From NCBI GenBank assembly GCA_018607365.1, contig JABBBT010000015.1, forward strand, positions 15,733 through 79,732: a stretch of DNA of 64,000 nt, given 5' to 3'. A program made the translations under genes and the position numbers. Below the pieces are notes generated by a model. It saw only the letters and a list, made by a program, of their open reading frames with translations. It had not been told where the DNA came from and made no database searches. Source of the DNA: SAR86 cluster bacterium. Its GTDB lineage: Bacteria; Pseudomonadota; Gammaproteobacteria; Magnimaribacterales; D2472. This document shows, piece after piece, positions 18,143-26,785 of this stretch; the first letter of the stretch is position 1, and every line of letters begins with the position of its first letter.

Positions 18143-18835
18143 ATGTCTAAAAAAATTCTTATTATTGAAGATGAGCCTGATATCCGCAAGACAATTGAAT
18201 ACAATCTTGCAAGAGAAGGTTTCGAAACCCATACTGCAGCATCAATTGGAGAGGGTAGATCAATTCTTACTGATTCATTTGCGTTACTAGTTTTAGATCT
18301 TATGCTTCCAGATGGCTCTGGTTTAGATTTATGTAGAGAAATCAAATCTAATAAAACCTTATCAAATATTCCTATTGTTATATTGACGGCAAAAGATGAC
18401 GAGGTAGACAAAGTGGTTGGTTTTGAGCTGGGTGCAGATGATTATGTAACTAAACCTTTTAGTGTTCGAGAGTTAATTCTAAGAATTAAGGCCATCTTAA
18501 AAAGAGGTAATAAAGAAACTCATGAAACAGTAGAAATAGAACGTCAATTTGGAGATCTTGTTATTGATGTAGACTCTCATGAGGTTTTTGTTAATAAAGA
18601 GCAAGTAGTATTGACTGCCCTGGAGTTTAGATTATTAAAACAACTTATTGACAGAAGAGGTAGAGTTCAATCAAGAGACCAACTTCTTTCAGATGTATGG
18701 GGTTACAGCTCAAATGTAACAACAAGAACTGTTGATACGCATATAAAAAGGCTCCGAGAAAAACTCGGATCAATGGGAAAATATGTGCAAACGATAAGAG
18801 GAGTTGGTTATAAATTCTCTAGAACGCCTGAGTAA
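18143..18835 (+). CDS. phoB: Phosphate regulon response regulator PhoB (OmpR family)
   Basis: Receiver domain (DEPD...LDLMLPDGSG...TAK). Winged-helix LTALEFRLLK...TVDTHIKRLREKL...IRGVGYKF. Followed by a PhoR-type kinase gene. Confidence 0.8.
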   Translation: MSKKILIIEDEPDIRKTIEYNLAREGFETHTAASIGEGRSILTDSFALLVLDLMLPDGSGLDLCREIKSNKTLSNIPIVILTAKDDEVDKVVGFELGADDYVTKPFSVRELILRIKAILKRGNKETHETVEIERQFGDLVIDVDSHEVFVNKEQVVLTALEFRLLKQLIDRRGRVQSRDQLLSDVWGYSSNVTTRTVDTHIKRLREKLGSMGKYVQTIRGVGYKFSRTPE

Positions 18836-18840
18836 AATAT

Positions 18841-20601
18841 ATGGGAATTAGATCCCGGATATTTTTAATTGTTTTCCTGTTATTAACAGTAAGCATTGCA
18901 ATTACATATGTGGTTGCTGAGAGAGACCTAACTAGAACTTTTAAACTTCAAATAGTTGATGAACTAGAAAAACAAGCTAACCTTCTTGTTGCCTCAGTTG
19001 ATAATCTCAATAAATTTTCTAATATAAATGATGCAGATAATGCAGCTAATGAATTAGGCAAAGCTTCAAACTCAAGAGTAACATTTATAACTAATAATGG
19101 TAACGTAATTGGTGATTCGCAGCTAGAAATAGAGCAAATATCATCTCTTGATAATCATGCTTTAAGAGAGGAGTTTGTTGATGCCTTAAAAAACGGAAAT
19201 GGGTGGTCGTCGAGGTACAGCAATACCCTTAATCAAGATCTTCTATATTTTGCAATTAAAGACAACCAAGAAATCAACCCTAATATAATTAGAATTGCAG
19301 TGCCTTTAAATTATCTGGATAAAATAACAGATACACTAAGTCTATCTGTTATTTTGCTATTTGCAGTTGTATTTATTGTGTCAATTATAGCAAGTGGTGT
19401 TGCTGCCAATTTTCTATATTCAAATATTCAGGATTTAGCTGAAGCGGCTAATAGTATCTCTAAAGGTGTTCTTAAAAATGATAATTTGAAAGCATTACCA
19501 ACTCAAAGAGTTGATGAATTTGGCACAGTTGCCCGATCAATATCTCAAATATCTGAAGATTTAAAAAATCAAATAAAAATGATTGCTAAACAAAGAGATC
19601 AATTTGGTTTAGTTTTAGATGATCTTGGAGAGGGTATTATTGTAACAAATAAAAAAGGTGACGTTGTTTTTACTAATGAGCAAGCATCAATTATTTTACA
19701 TATAGACGATTTATCAAATACAAATATAAAAAAATTAGATATTCCAGCTCTTAATTATCTTTTTAAGAGAGTAAAAAATAAAAAAAGTGCAGATATTGAA
19801 TTTGAAATTGAAATAGATAACAAAAATACTCAATGGGTTCTTGGTTCAATGAATCAATCTAAGACCACTGGAGAATTTATTTTAGTTGTTCATGATATAA
19901 CCCAACTTCGTCAGCTTAACTCAATGAGAAGAGATTTTATATCGAACTTATCACATGAATTAAGAACCCCTGTGAGTGTTATTAGGGCAAATTCCGAAAC
20001 TCTACTTGATGGCGCATTAGAAAATAAAAAGGATGCAAAGGTATTTGCTAAAGCCATCTTACGTAACTCTGAAAGATTGTCGTTAATGGTTTCCGATTTA
20101 ATAGATTTATCAAGAATTGAATATGGCGACTTGAAACTTAATATTGTTCCGATCGATCTTGATAGTTTTATTGAACCTTTTATTTTATCCATGGAAAGCC
20201 TCACAAAAAAGAAGGGCATTAATCTTACATACAAGCCAGCACATAAAACAAAAATTAAAGCTGATGTTCAGGCACTTGAAAGAATTTTAACTAATTTGAT
20301 TGATAACGCCTTCAAGTACTCTCCTGAAGAATCTTTCATTGAGATCTCTACCAAGCAAGATGATAATAATGTAAGGGTTATGGTTTCTGATAATGGTATT
20401 GGAATTTCAGAAGCTGATAAAGGATATATCTTTGATAGATTTTATAGAGCTGCGTCGGCAAGAGCTTCACACAATAAAGGAAGTGGTCTAGGGCTGGCTA
20501 TTGTAAAAAATCTAGTTAATAGTCTAAACGGAGAAGTTGGGGTTTCGTCTGGCTCACCTGAGGGCTCTACCTTTTGGTTTACATTGCCATCAGGGAAGTA
20601 G
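18841..20601 (+). CDS. phoR: PhoR-like sensor histidine kinase (2 TM, ~135-aa periplasmic domain, HAMP, PAS, HisKA, HATPase)
   Basis: H-box FISNLSHELRTPVS. N-box LIDNAFKYS. G-boxes DNGIGI and GSGLGLAIV. Starts 5 nt after phoB. Confidence 0.75.
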   Translation: MGIRSRIFLIVFLLLTVSIAITYVVAERDLTRTFKLQIVDELEKQANLLVASVDNLNKFSNINDADNAANELGKASNSRVTFITNNGNVIGDSQLEIEQISSLDNHALREEFVDALKNGNGWSSRYSNTLNQDLLYFAIKDNQEINPNIIRIAVPLNYLDKITDTLSLSVILLFAVVFIVSIIASGVAANFLYSNIQDLAEAANSISKGVLKNDNLKALPTQRVDEFGTVARSISQISEDLKNQIKMIAKQRDQFGLVLDDLGEGIIVTNKKGDVVFTNEQASIILHIDDLSNTNIKKLDIPALNYLFKRVKNKKSADIEFEIEIDNKNTQWVLGSMNQSKTTGEFILVVHDITQLRQLNSMRRDFISNLSHELRTPVSVIRANSETLLDGALENKKDAKVFAKAILRNSERLSLMVSDLIDLSRIEYGDLKLNIVPIDLDSFIEPFILSMESLTKKKGINLTYKPAHKTKIKADVQALERILTNLIDNAFKYSPEESFIEISTKQDDNNVRVMVSDNGIGISEADKGYIFDRFYRAASARASHNKGSGLGLAIVKNLVNSLNGEVGVSSGSPEGSTFWFTLPSGK

Positions 20602-20632
20602 TTACTTTACTTTTTCTATAAATTATATTATT

Positions 20633-20672
20633 CTGTCACATGAATGTCACATAAGTGTTACATTAATGAAAT
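20633..20672 (+). promoter_or_regulatory. Pho-box array (putative PhoB binding site): four 7-nt repeats at 11-bp pitch
   Basis: Sequence CTGTCAC atga ATGTCAC ataa GTGTTAC atta ATGAAAT. The first 18 nt match the consensus CTGTCATA(A/T)A(T/A)CTGTCA(C/T) at 15/18 positions. Confidence 0.7.
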
Positions 20673-20692
20673 ACACATACGGGAGTGTTTTG

Positions 20693-20779
20693 ATGGTTAA
20701 GACAATATGGAAAAAATTTCATACTTTTATGAAAGCAGGAAGACTTAATAAGGTTGTAAAGATATCTGGCCTTAGATAA
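20693..20779 (+). CDS. Candidate 28-aa highly basic peptide (MVKTIWKKFHTFMKAGRLNKVVKISGLR) downstream of the Pho box
   Basis: SD GGGAG (20681-20685) lies 7 nt before the ATG at 20693. It sits ~20-30 nt after the Pho-box array. No acidic residues; 6 Lys and 2 Arg. Confidence 0.35.
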   Translation: MVKTIWKKFHTFMKAGRLNKVVKISGLR

Positions 20780-20837
20780 GAGATTATTTTACCTATCTCG
20801 TTTAGTTTATATTTTTTTATTTACCTTTTTAGTAAAT

Positions 20838-20873
20838 AATTATCATTTAATTTTTATTGAAATTATCACTTAA
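20838..20873 (+). repeat. 13-bp direct repeat AATTATCA(T/C)TTAA x2, 23-bp pitch, 50-85 nt upstream of gspC
   Basis: Copies at 20838-20850 and 20861-20873, 12/13 identical. Confidence 0.5.
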
Positions 20874-20921
20874 ATATTTAGCTACCATTATAAAATAAGC
20901 TACACTTAGAACATATTTTGT

Positions 20922-21326
20922 ATGTTTAATTTTAAGTTAATAAAAAAGATTATAATTTTGGTTATCGCTATTCCATCGATACTATTACTTATATTTTTTG
21001 TAACTCAGCTTAACATCAATCCAAAGATTAATAGTTTTGAAATACTCAATGTTGTTGATGTCAATGCATCTGGGAATTCTCAAATCGAAGAGCTCAATAA
21101 CGATTCAAGCAAACAATCAAATATATCCTTTCAATATAAATTAATTGGGTATCGGTCTGGTGGGCCTGACGCTTCTGTTATAGTAAAAAAATCTAATAAG
21201 GAATTTGTTGTATCTATTGGACAAAAACTAGAGGGTGTCTTTGAGCTAATTGAAGTTAACCAAAATGAGGTAATTTTTAAAGATGGTGATAAATTATATA
21301 AAATTGAAAATTTAGTGGGTAAATAA
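20922..21326 (+). CDS. gspC: Type II secretion protein GspC, minimal form (TM plus HR domain only, no PDZ/coiled coil)
   Basis: N-terminal TM (IIILVIAIPSILLLIFFV). HR-like C-terminus GYRSGGPDASVIVKKSNKEFVVSIGQKLEGVFELIEVNQNEVIFKDGDKLYKIEN. Immediately precedes gspD. Confidence 0.7.
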   Translation: MFNFKLIKKIIILVIAIPSILLLIFFVTQLNINPKINSFEILNVVDVNASGNSQIEELNNDSSKQSNISFQYKLIGYRSGGPDASVIVKKSNKEFVVSIGQKLEGVFELIEVNQNEVIFKDGDKLYKIENLVGK

Positions 21327-21327
21327 G

Positions 21328-23181
21328 ATGAATTTAGATTTGAATAAACTATTAATATTATGCATTTTTGTGTCCTCATCGCAGCTTTTTGCAGATGATT
21401 CTTTCATATTAAATTATGAGGATGTTGATATTAAAAAAGTAACTCAAGACATAGCTCAGTTTTCAAAAAAAACCATAATCTTAGATCCTAGAGTTAAGGG
21501 TAAAATTACTATTTATTCTAATGCAGAACTAGATAGAGACCAAGTATGGAATGTATATCTCAGAACACTTCAGGTAAATGGATTTAGTATTATTTCAGAA
21601 GAGGGTTTTGTTAGAATTATTCCAGAAAATGAAGCTACAAGAGATTTAAGCATTGCAACAAAAACTTTAGGTGACTTTGAGACTGTTGTAATACCGCTTA
21701 CTAACAGATCTGCTGATGAGATTCTTCCTATGGTAAAGCCTATTACCGGTAGGCAAGCTCATCTATCTAGCATTCCATCAATTAATTCTATTCTTTTGGT
21801 AGATAGGGGGAGTAATGTTGAAAGAGTTAATCGACTTATTTTAGATCTTGATAAAAATAATACTGCAAAAATATCAATAACTAAGCTTGAAAACTTGTCG
21901 CCTATTGAAGCTGTAAGAATTTTAGACAAGTTAAAAGCACAAAACAATCCAACAATAAGTAAGTTTATTGCAATACCTTTTAGCCCAACTAATTCAGTCA
22001 TAATATCTGCAAATGATTTTGTTACTAATAATATTAATCTTACTTTGCAATCTCTTGATGCTGATGTGACTTCTGATGATTCAGTGGATGTTATTTATTT
22101 AAAATATGCAAAGGCAGCTGATATTTCTGCAATTCTTAGTTCTATATCAAGTAGTTTTATTGCAGATGCAGATGGTAAGAAAACTGTTATTACACATCAT
22201 GAAAAAACTAATTCTTTAATAATTTCATCTGCTGAAGCTAACCTCGATACGATTAAAAATATTATTTCAAAGCTAGACATTAGAAGAGCTCAAGTTCTTG
22301 TTGAAGCTATTATTGTTGAGCTTTCTGAGACCGCTGCAAAAAATCTTGGTGTTGAAACTATTTATAATGGAAGTAATAGTGACAGTGTGCCTATTGGAGT
22401 TACAAGGTTCGGAGGAGCTGGGCCTGATTTATTATCTATTGTTGGAGCTGCCAGCAATGATCAGGATGTTAACTTAAACACTTCAGCTATATCCTCGCTC
22501 CTAAACACTCAAGGACTCGTTACAGGATTTGGTGATCTTTCTGATGGCGGTGATAAATTTATAGGAATAATTAATGCTATTGCTCAGGACACTAACTCAA
22601 ATATCCTATCAACTCCATCAATTTTGGCAATGGATAATGAAACTGCTAATCTAGTTATTGGTCAGGAAATACCCATTACAACAGGTGAAAGCCTGGGCAC
22701 CAGTAATGCTAACCCATTTAGAACTACATCAAGACAGGAAGTTGGGATTAAGCTTGAAGTTACACCACAAATAAATGAAGGAAGCTCTGTAATACTTAAT
22801 ATTAAACAAGAGGTATCTGGAGTAGCTGGTGTTATTACAAGTGGAATAGACTTAATTACAAATAAGAGAGTCATAGAAACAACAGTGCTAGTCGATAATG
22901 GTCAAATCATTGTTCTAGGTGGCTTAATTGATGAAGATACACAAGAAACAGTTTCAAAGGTTCCAATTTTAGGTTCAATTCCAATACTTGGTAAGTTGTT
23001 TCAGTCCTCTTCATCTACCGTGGTTCAAAAAAATCTAATGGTTTTTTTAAGGCCTACCATCATTCTTGATTCAGATATATCAAATCAATTGTCTAATGAT
23101 AAATATAATTATATTAAAGCTAGGCAAGTTCTTACTGGAGAATCAACACAGCTTATTGACCTTACACAGTCTGAAAATTAA
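21328..23181 (+). CDS. gspD: Type II secretion outer-membrane secretin GspD
   Basis: Signal peptide. N0-like NYEDVDIKKVTQDIAQFSKKTIILDPRVKG. Secretin core VLVDNGQIIVLGGLIDE...VSKVPILGSIPILGKLF. Confidence 0.9.
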   Translation: MNLDLNKLLILCIFVSSSQLFADDSFILNYEDVDIKKVTQDIAQFSKKTIILDPRVKGKITIYSNAELDRDQVWNVYLRTLQVNGFSIISEEGFVRIIPENEATRDLSIATKTLGDFETVVIPLTNRSADEILPMVKPITGRQAHLSSIPSINSILLVDRGSNVERVNRLILDLDKNNTAKISITKLENLSPIEAVRILDKLKAQNNPTISKFIAIPFSPTNSVIISANDFVTNNINLTLQSLDADVTSDDSVDVIYLKYAKAADISAILSSISSSFIADADGKKTVITHHEKTNSLIISSAEANLDTIKNIISKLDIRRAQVLVEAIIVELSETAAKNLGVETIYNGSNSDSVPIGVTRFGGAGPDLLSIVGAASNDQDVNLNTSAISSLLNTQGLVTGFGDLSDGGDKFIGIINAIAQDTNSNILSTPSILAMDNETANLVIGQEIPITTGESLGTSNANPFRTTSRQEVGIKLEVTPQINEGSSVILNIKQEVSGVAGVITSGIDLITNKRVIETTVLVDNGQIIVLGGLIDEDTQETVSKVPILGSIPILGKLFQSSSSTVVQKNLMVFLRPTIILDSDISNQLSNDKYNYIKARQVLTGESTQLIDLTQSEN

Positions 23182-23189
23182 TCTTAGTA

Positions 23190-24689
23190 ATGGAAAACTT
23201 TAAGGATCAAGAAGATCTCTCCAACATACTCCCGTATGATTTTGTAAAAGAAAATGATGTTTTGGCATTCAGTGACGGAGATTCCTTTTCAGTAATATCG
23301 CCAAATAATTTATCTGATGACATTTATCATGAAATACAAAGATTTCTTAAATCTAATTTCTCTTTTTCATTATGCAAGTCTGATTATTTTAATGATTTGT
23401 TAACAAGTAGCTTTTCAATCAATAAAGACTCAACGTCACTCTCCGAAGAACTTACAGATGAGTTTGATTTGCAAAGTTTTGCTGGAAGCATTTCTGCTAC
23501 CGAAGATTTACTAAGTGGAAGTAACGATACACCAATAATAAAGTTAATAAATGGGATAATTAGCCAAGCTGTTAAAAATAGAGCCTCCGATATTCATTTT
23601 GAACCATACGAAAATACCCTTATTGTAAGATTTAGAGTTGATGGTATTTTAAAAGAAATTCTTAAGCAGGATAGTAAAATAAGCTCTGTGTTAATATCAA
23701 GAATAAAGATAATATCAGGACTTGATATATCTGAACGAAGACTACCTCAAGATGGAAGGGTATCTTTATCGCTTGGAGATAAGGATATTGATGTAAGAGT
23801 ATCTACGTTGCCATCATCTTATGGTGAAAGAATAGTGCTAAGACTTTTAGATAAGCAAGCTTCTCAAATTAATATTGATGACCTTGGATTGCCGTCAGTA
23901 ATTCTAAAAAACTACAAATCATCTTTAAAAAATTCCGAAGGCATAATTTTATTTACAGGTCCTACAGGATCAGGTAAAACAACAACACTATATTCTGGAT
24001 TAAGACATCTAAGCGATTCTTCTCAAAATATTTTAACTGTTGAAGATCCTATTGAATATACGTTAAATGGGATTGGTCAAACCCAGGTAAATACAAAAAC
24101 AGGATATACCTTTGCAAAAGGATTAAGAGCCATACTTCGTCAAGATCCTGATGTTGTCATGGTTGGTGAGATGAGGGATGTTGAAACAGCACAGATTGGC
24201 ATTCAGGCTAGTCTTACGGGCCATCTTGTGCTATCTACAGTTCATACTAATAGTGCTGTGGCTGCTATAACCAGATTAAGAGACATGGGAATCGAGTCAT
24301 TTCTGCTTGCATCTAGTTTAAGAACTGTAATCTCACAAAGATTAGTCAGACGTCTATGTTTAATATGTAAAAAAGAAGAATCACCTTCAAAGGATTCTAT
24401 TAAGCTATTTAATTTAAATACTAATAAAAAGGTGTTTATATCTTCTGGGTGTGATGCCTGTTCAAATACAGGTTACCAAGGAAGAATTGCAATTGCTGAA
24501 TGCATTCAAGTAGATAAAACTTTAAAAGAAATGATACATAATAATGCTTCAGAAAATTTAATATCAGAACATGTCTTTAAAAACAATCAATCAATCGATG
24601 AGGCTTCCTCAGAATTAATTTCAAAAGGTATTACATCTTGCGAAGAGCTCATAAGAATTAACAATCTTCAAGAAAATGCCAGCTTATAG
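23190..24689 (+). CDS. gspE: Type II secretion ATPase GspE
   Basis: Walker A GPTGSGKTTT. Asp/His boxes (ILRQDPDVVMVGEMRD, GHLVLSTVHTN). Tetracysteine CLIC...CDAC. Confidence 0.95.
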   Translation: MENFKDQEDLSNILPYDFVKENDVLAFSDGDSFSVISPNNLSDDIYHEIQRFLKSNFSFSLCKSDYFNDLLTSSFSINKDSTSLSEELTDEFDLQSFAGSISATEDLLSGSNDTPIIKLINGIISQAVKNRASDIHFEPYENTLIVRFRVDGILKEILKQDSKISSVLISRIKIISGLDISERRLPQDGRVSLSLGDKDIDVRVSTLPSSYGERIVLRLLDKQASQINIDDLGLPSVILKNYKSSLKNSEGIILFTGPTGSGKTTTLYSGLRHLSDSSQNILTVEDPIEYTLNGIGQTQVNTKTGYTFAKGLRAILRQDPDVVMVGEMRDVETAQIGIQASLTGHLVLSTVHTNSAVAAITRLRDMGIESFLLASSLRTVISQRLVRRLCLICKKEESPSKDSIKLFNLNTNKKVFISSGCDACSNTGYQGRIAIAECIQVDKTLKEMIHNNASENLISEHVFKNNQSIDEASSELISKGITSCEELIRINNLQENASL

Positions 24690-25872
24690 CTACTCAGCAA
24701 TAGACCCAAATGGTTTAAAAAAGAAGGGTTTACTTAGTGCTCAGTCTGAAAGAGAAGCAAGAAAATTAATAAAAGAATTAAACCTCACACCAATTAATGT
24801 ATCTGAAACTAACGGTAATCTTTCAAGAATATCTAGAGTAAAAACAAAAGATATTGTCATAATGACTCGGCAGATGGCTACATTGCTAGAAGCTAATACA
24901 TCGATTATAGATGCATTAAAGATAACCTCAGATCAATGTGTTAACAAGAATCTAGTTCATATTTTATTAAATCTAAGGGAAGATATTATTCAAGGAAAAA
25001 GGCTAGGGGTCTCTATGAATAAGTATCCAGGAGTATTTACTAATACTTATACTTCACTGGTTACAGCAGGAGATTCCTCAGGTAATTTGGACGTGATATT
25101 TGATAGGCTGGCTGACTATTTAGAGGAAAGCGCATCCATAAGACAGAAAGTTATTTCAGCTTTAACCTACCCAGTTATATTAATAGGATTTTCAATAATA
25201 GTAATAATATCCTTACTAGCATTTGTTTTGCCACAGGTTGTAGGGCAGTTTGTTAAAGCTGGAGCTGAATTACCTTTTATTACTAAAGCTTTGCTGGCAA
25301 TTTCGAATAATATAGGAATTATAATTATTTCGTCTGTTTTGGTAATAATTTGCTTCACTTATTTTTATAAATATTTTGTTAAACAAGCTAACAACCATAC
25401 CAATGTTCATGAAAAAATACTTGGAATCCCTTTGATTGGAAACTTTTTATTAAATTCAGAAATTGAAAGGTTTTCAAGCACCATGAGTTTGCTTCTTGAG
25501 TCAGGGACTAATTTAGATGTAGCTCTTGATGAGTCATCTAAAATATTCACTAATAAATTTTTATCGAAGAGTATTTCAGACACTAGGCAAGATGTTGTTG
25601 AAGGAAAGGATTTTATATTTTCGTTAAAGAAAAAAAATGTTTTCCCAGATATTTTTATACAACTTGTATCTAGTGGGTATAAATCAGGTAACTTGGTAAA
25701 AATGTTTTCTAAAGTCTCAGAATTTATGAAAAATGAAATTGAATCAAAGAGATCAGTACTCTTGTCATTATTGGAGCCATTAGTAATTATATTTATGGGT
25801 GGATTTATTATGCTTATAGTTCTAGCTATACTAATACCTATAATGCAAATGAATACTTTAGCTTTAGGATAA
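24676..25872 (+). CDS. gspF: Type II secretion inner-membrane platform protein GspF
   Basis: Duplicated GspF domain, 3 TM segments, 14-nt overlap with gspE. Confidence 0.9.
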   Translation: MPAYSYSAIDPNGLKKKGLLSAQSEREARKLIKELNLTPINVSETNGNLSRISRVKTKDIVIMTRQMATLLEANTSIIDALKITSDQCVNKNLVHILLNLREDIIQGKRLGVSMNKYPGVFTNTYTSLVTAGDSSGNLDVIFDRLADYLEESASIRQKVISALTYPVILIGFSIIVIISLLAFVLPQVVGQFVKAGAELPFITKALLAISNNIGIIIISSVLVIICFTYFYKYFVKQANNHTNVHEKILGIPLIGNFLLNSEIERFSSTMSLLLESGTNLDVALDESSKIFTNKFLSKSISDTRQDVVEGKDFIFSLKKKNVFPDIFIQLVSSGYKSGNLVKMFSKVSEFMKNEIESKRSVLLSLLEPLVIIFMGGFIMLIVLAILIPIMQMNTLALG

Positions 25873-25875
25873 ATT

Positions 25876-26304
25876 ATGAATAAATATAATAAAGGTTTTA
25901 CAATGATTGAACTTATGGCTGTTCTGGTTATTTTAGGTATTTTAGCCACTATAGTTGTTGTAAATACTGCCCCAGTATTCCAAAGAGCTAACCTTGAAAA
26001 AATTAAAGCTGATATGTCTCAAACAGGAAAAGCCTTGGAGCTATACAAGTTTAATGAGCTGTCATACCCAACAACTTCACAGGGCTTAATAGCGCTTGTT
26101 AACCCACATTCAGAATTAAGAAATCCATTTTTATATCCTGAGGGTGGTTATATCTCATCTGAACCTCTTGATCCATGGGGCAGGGAGTATATTTATGAAA
26201 ACCCACCCAGAAGGGCAAAAAAATATGATCTATACACTTTAGGTGCAGATGGGATGCCTGGGGGAACTGGTGAGGATTCTGATATTGGAAATTGGATGCA
26301 ATAA
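25876..26304 (+). CDS. gspG: Major pseudopilin GspG
   Basis: Prepilin leader MNKYNKG|FTMIELMAVLVILGILA. Conserved C-terminal DPWGREY...LGADGMPGG. Confidence 0.95.
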   Translation: MNKYNKGFTMIELMAVLVILGILATIVVVNTAPVFQRANLEKIKADMSQTGKALELYKFNELSYPTTSQGLIALVNPHSELRNPFLYPEGGYISSEPLDPWGREYIYENPPRRAKKYDLYTLGADGMPGGTGEDSDIGNWMQ

Positions 26305-26785
26305 AAAAAAGAAAGGCTTCACTTTAATTGAGGTTCTTGTTGTACTAGTTATTATAGGCATAACATCATCATTGTTATTTCTTAATATAGGCCTGTCTGA
26401 AACAGTTTCAAAAAATAAGCTGTCTTTAAATACTCTTTTTAATTATCTTTCTGAAGAAAGCATTATTACTGGAAATCTAATAGCTTGGCATGCCAATGAT
26501 AAGAAAGATTTTATATACATAATAGACCATCAGATGCAAAAACAAATGCTTTTAGATAATACTCAGTCGCCATGGAAAAATTTTTCTTCCAACAGTAAAA
26601 CATTTAAGTATTTTGATGGTTCTATTATGCAATTAGATAAGAATGATTTGAGTAAACCGCTTATTATTTTCTACCCTTCAGGAGAAAATTCGGGAGGAGT
26701 AATAAGTATTTCTTTTTCAAATTTCATCCAAGAGATTACAATTAACAATAATGGAAAAATTGAAACCAAAATTATTGAATACTAA
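26285..26785 (+). CDS. gspH: Minor pseudopilin GspH
   Basis: Prepilin motif KKKKG|FTLIEVLVVLVIIGI. Start uncertain: the ORF opens at 26243 and a TTG at 26285 gives a short leader. Confidence 0.75.
   Translation: MEIGCNKKKKGFTLIEVLVVLVIIGITSSLLFLNIGLSETVSKNKLSLNTLFNYLSEESIITGNLIAWHANDKKDFIYIIDHQMQKQMLLDNTQSPWKNFSSNSKTFKYFDGSIMQLDKNDLSKPLIIFYPSGENSGGVISISFSNFIQEITINNNGKIETKIIEY

Noticed and set aside
17652-18411. Two minus-strand ORFs (140 aa and 114 aa) opposite the acyl-CoA ligase 3' end and phoB
   Set aside because: They are antisense to genes with strong family motifs, have low-complexity Ser/Ile/Leu-rich translations, and show no start-site signals.
19911-20234. 107-aa minus-strand ORF inside phoR
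   Set aside because: It is antisense to the HisKA/HATPase region of the kinase and is a compositional artefact.
20537-20779. 80-aa ORF spanning the phoR 3' end and the Pho box
   Set aside because: It starts inside phoR in another frame and reads through the regulatory repeats. Only the last 28 codons, which have their own SD and ATG, were kept as a low-confidence candidate.
25407-25949. 180-aa minus-strand ORF, the longest unexplained ORF in the track
   Set aside because: It is entirely antisense to the well-supported gspF 3' end and gspG 5' end. It has the I/S/F/N/K-rich composition typical of the reverse frame of AT-rich coding DNA, with no SD and no recognisable motif.
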